A DNA stretch of 64,000 nucleotides from an uncultured Gemmatimonadaceae bacterium (GTDB lineage Bacteria > Gemmatimonadota > Gemmatimonadetes > Gemmatimonadales > Gemmatimonadaceae). Under the pieces are notes generated by a model. It was given only the letters and a program-made list of their open reading frames with translations. It was not told the DNA's origin and did not search any database. Shown here piece after piece: positions 63,184 through 64,000 of the stretch. The stretch is from positions 544,001-608,000 of the forward strand of contig CAWHHI010000006.1 in the NCBI GenBank assembly GCA_963829055.1, given 5' to 3'. The translations under genes and the position numbers were made by a program. How positions within the stretch are numbered: the first letter of the stretch is position 1; every line of letters starts with the position of its first letter.

Positions 63184-64000
63184 TTGCCCGATAGCGAACA
63201 AGGCGCCCAGCGGGCGTCTGCCAGGAAGCTCCGGTCCGCGCTGATCGGCGTCTTCGCCGCCCTCGTCATCGTGACCGCGATGAGCGCCACGGCGCCGCCC
63301 GCGCAGGCGGCGTCCCAGAAGGTCGTCATCGTCGTCGGTCCCGTCGGCTCCGCCACCGCCGATTACAAGCACGGCGCCCGCAAGCTCGCCGACAAGGCTC
63401 GCAGGCTACGGCGCCCGCGTGGTGGAGATCTTCAGCCCCTACGCGACGTGGTCACGCGTCCACGACGCCGCCCAGGGCGCGAACATCCTGATCTACCTCG
63501 GCCACGGCAACGGCTGGCCCAGCCCGTATCGCCCGTTCATGGACACGTCGAAGGACGGCATGGGCCTCAACGCCAGCTCGGGCCACGGCAACTCGAACAC
63601 GAAGTATTACGGCGAGTACTACATGGAGCGGCTGGGCCTCGCGTCGCACGCCGTGGTCCTGCTCAACCGGCTGTGCTACGCCTCGGGCAACAACGAGTGG
63701 GGCGCCGGCAACCCGACCCTCAAGACCGCCAAGAAGCGGGTCGACAACTACGGGTACGGGTTCATCAAGGGCGGTGCCCAGGCCGTGTTCGCCAGCGGCA
63801 TCACCGACGTGGGCTACGTCCTCAAGGGCCTGTTCACGGGCTCGAAGGCGATGTCGATGTCGGACCTGTTCTGGACCGACCCGACCCGGACCGTCCGGTA
63901 CAAGGTCAGCTTCGACTCGCGGCGGATCAACGGGGTGTCGGCGCGCATGGACCCGTACAAGGCGCATCGCTACTACCGATCCGTGGTCGGACGGCTCAAC
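63184..64000 (+). CDS. Secreted protein, frameshift near 63405, 3' truncated by the window edge; absent from the ORF track
   Basis: GGAGG RBS + TTG; signal peptide ending AQA-A; KVVIVVGPVG, ILIYLGHGNGWPSPY, VVLLNRLCYASG. Confidence 0.75.
   Translation, partial: MPDSEQGAQRASARKLRSALIGVFAALVIVTAMSATAPPAQAASQKVVIVVGPVGSATADYKHGARKLADKARRLRRPRGGDLQPLRDVVTRPRRRPGREHPDLPRPRQRLAQPVSPVHGHVEGRHGPQRQLGPRQLEHEVLRRVLHGAAGPRVARRGPAQPAVLRLGQQRVGRRQPDPQDRQEAGRQLRVRVHQGRCPGRVRQRHHRRGLRPQGPVHGLEGDVDVGPVLDRPDPDRPVQGQLRLAADQRGVGAHGPVQGASLLPIRGRTAQ

Noticed and set aside
1..64000. CRISPR array, tRNA/rRNA, transposase, integrase or prophage genes
   Set aside because: No regularly spaced repeat-spacer array or recognisable motifs seen; the repeats are dispersed palindromes
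47881..64000. Horizontally acquired genomic island
   Set aside because: It contains housekeeping-type genes (greA, DEAD helicase, ybaK), has no mobility genes and starts mid-gene; an assembly chimera is more likely

Overview
High-GC bacterial sequence with many single-base frameshifts, typical of an unpolished long-read assembly. It appears to be a chimera of two genomes joined at ~47,880. The left part (1-47.9 kb) resembles Gemmatimonadota (inferred): it has LptC, two PadR + ADOP-type ABC permease pairs, two LytS/LytTR pairs, a clade II nosZ-nosB-nosD-nosF-nosY-cupredoxin operon, and an aroF-pheA-aroH operon. That aro operon sits behind an unannotated Tyr/Phe/Trp-rich leader peptide with a complete terminator/antiterminator attenuator. 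The left part also carries about 40 dispersed GTTAGGC/GCCTAAC heptamers, many inside coding sequence, and several families of palindromic or foldback intergenic repeats. The right part (47.9-64 kb) resembles Chloroflexota (inferred) and appears to lack the heptamer. It encodes a 5xGAF-4xPAS HisKA_3 kinase with two response regulators, a GreA fused to a degenerate GIY-YIG-like domain, a serine hydrolase, a DEAD-box helicase, YbaK, an ABC transporter and a secreted protein with a clan-CD-like His/Cys motif pair. All calls were made by eye without database searches, and coordinates of frameshifted genes are approximate.
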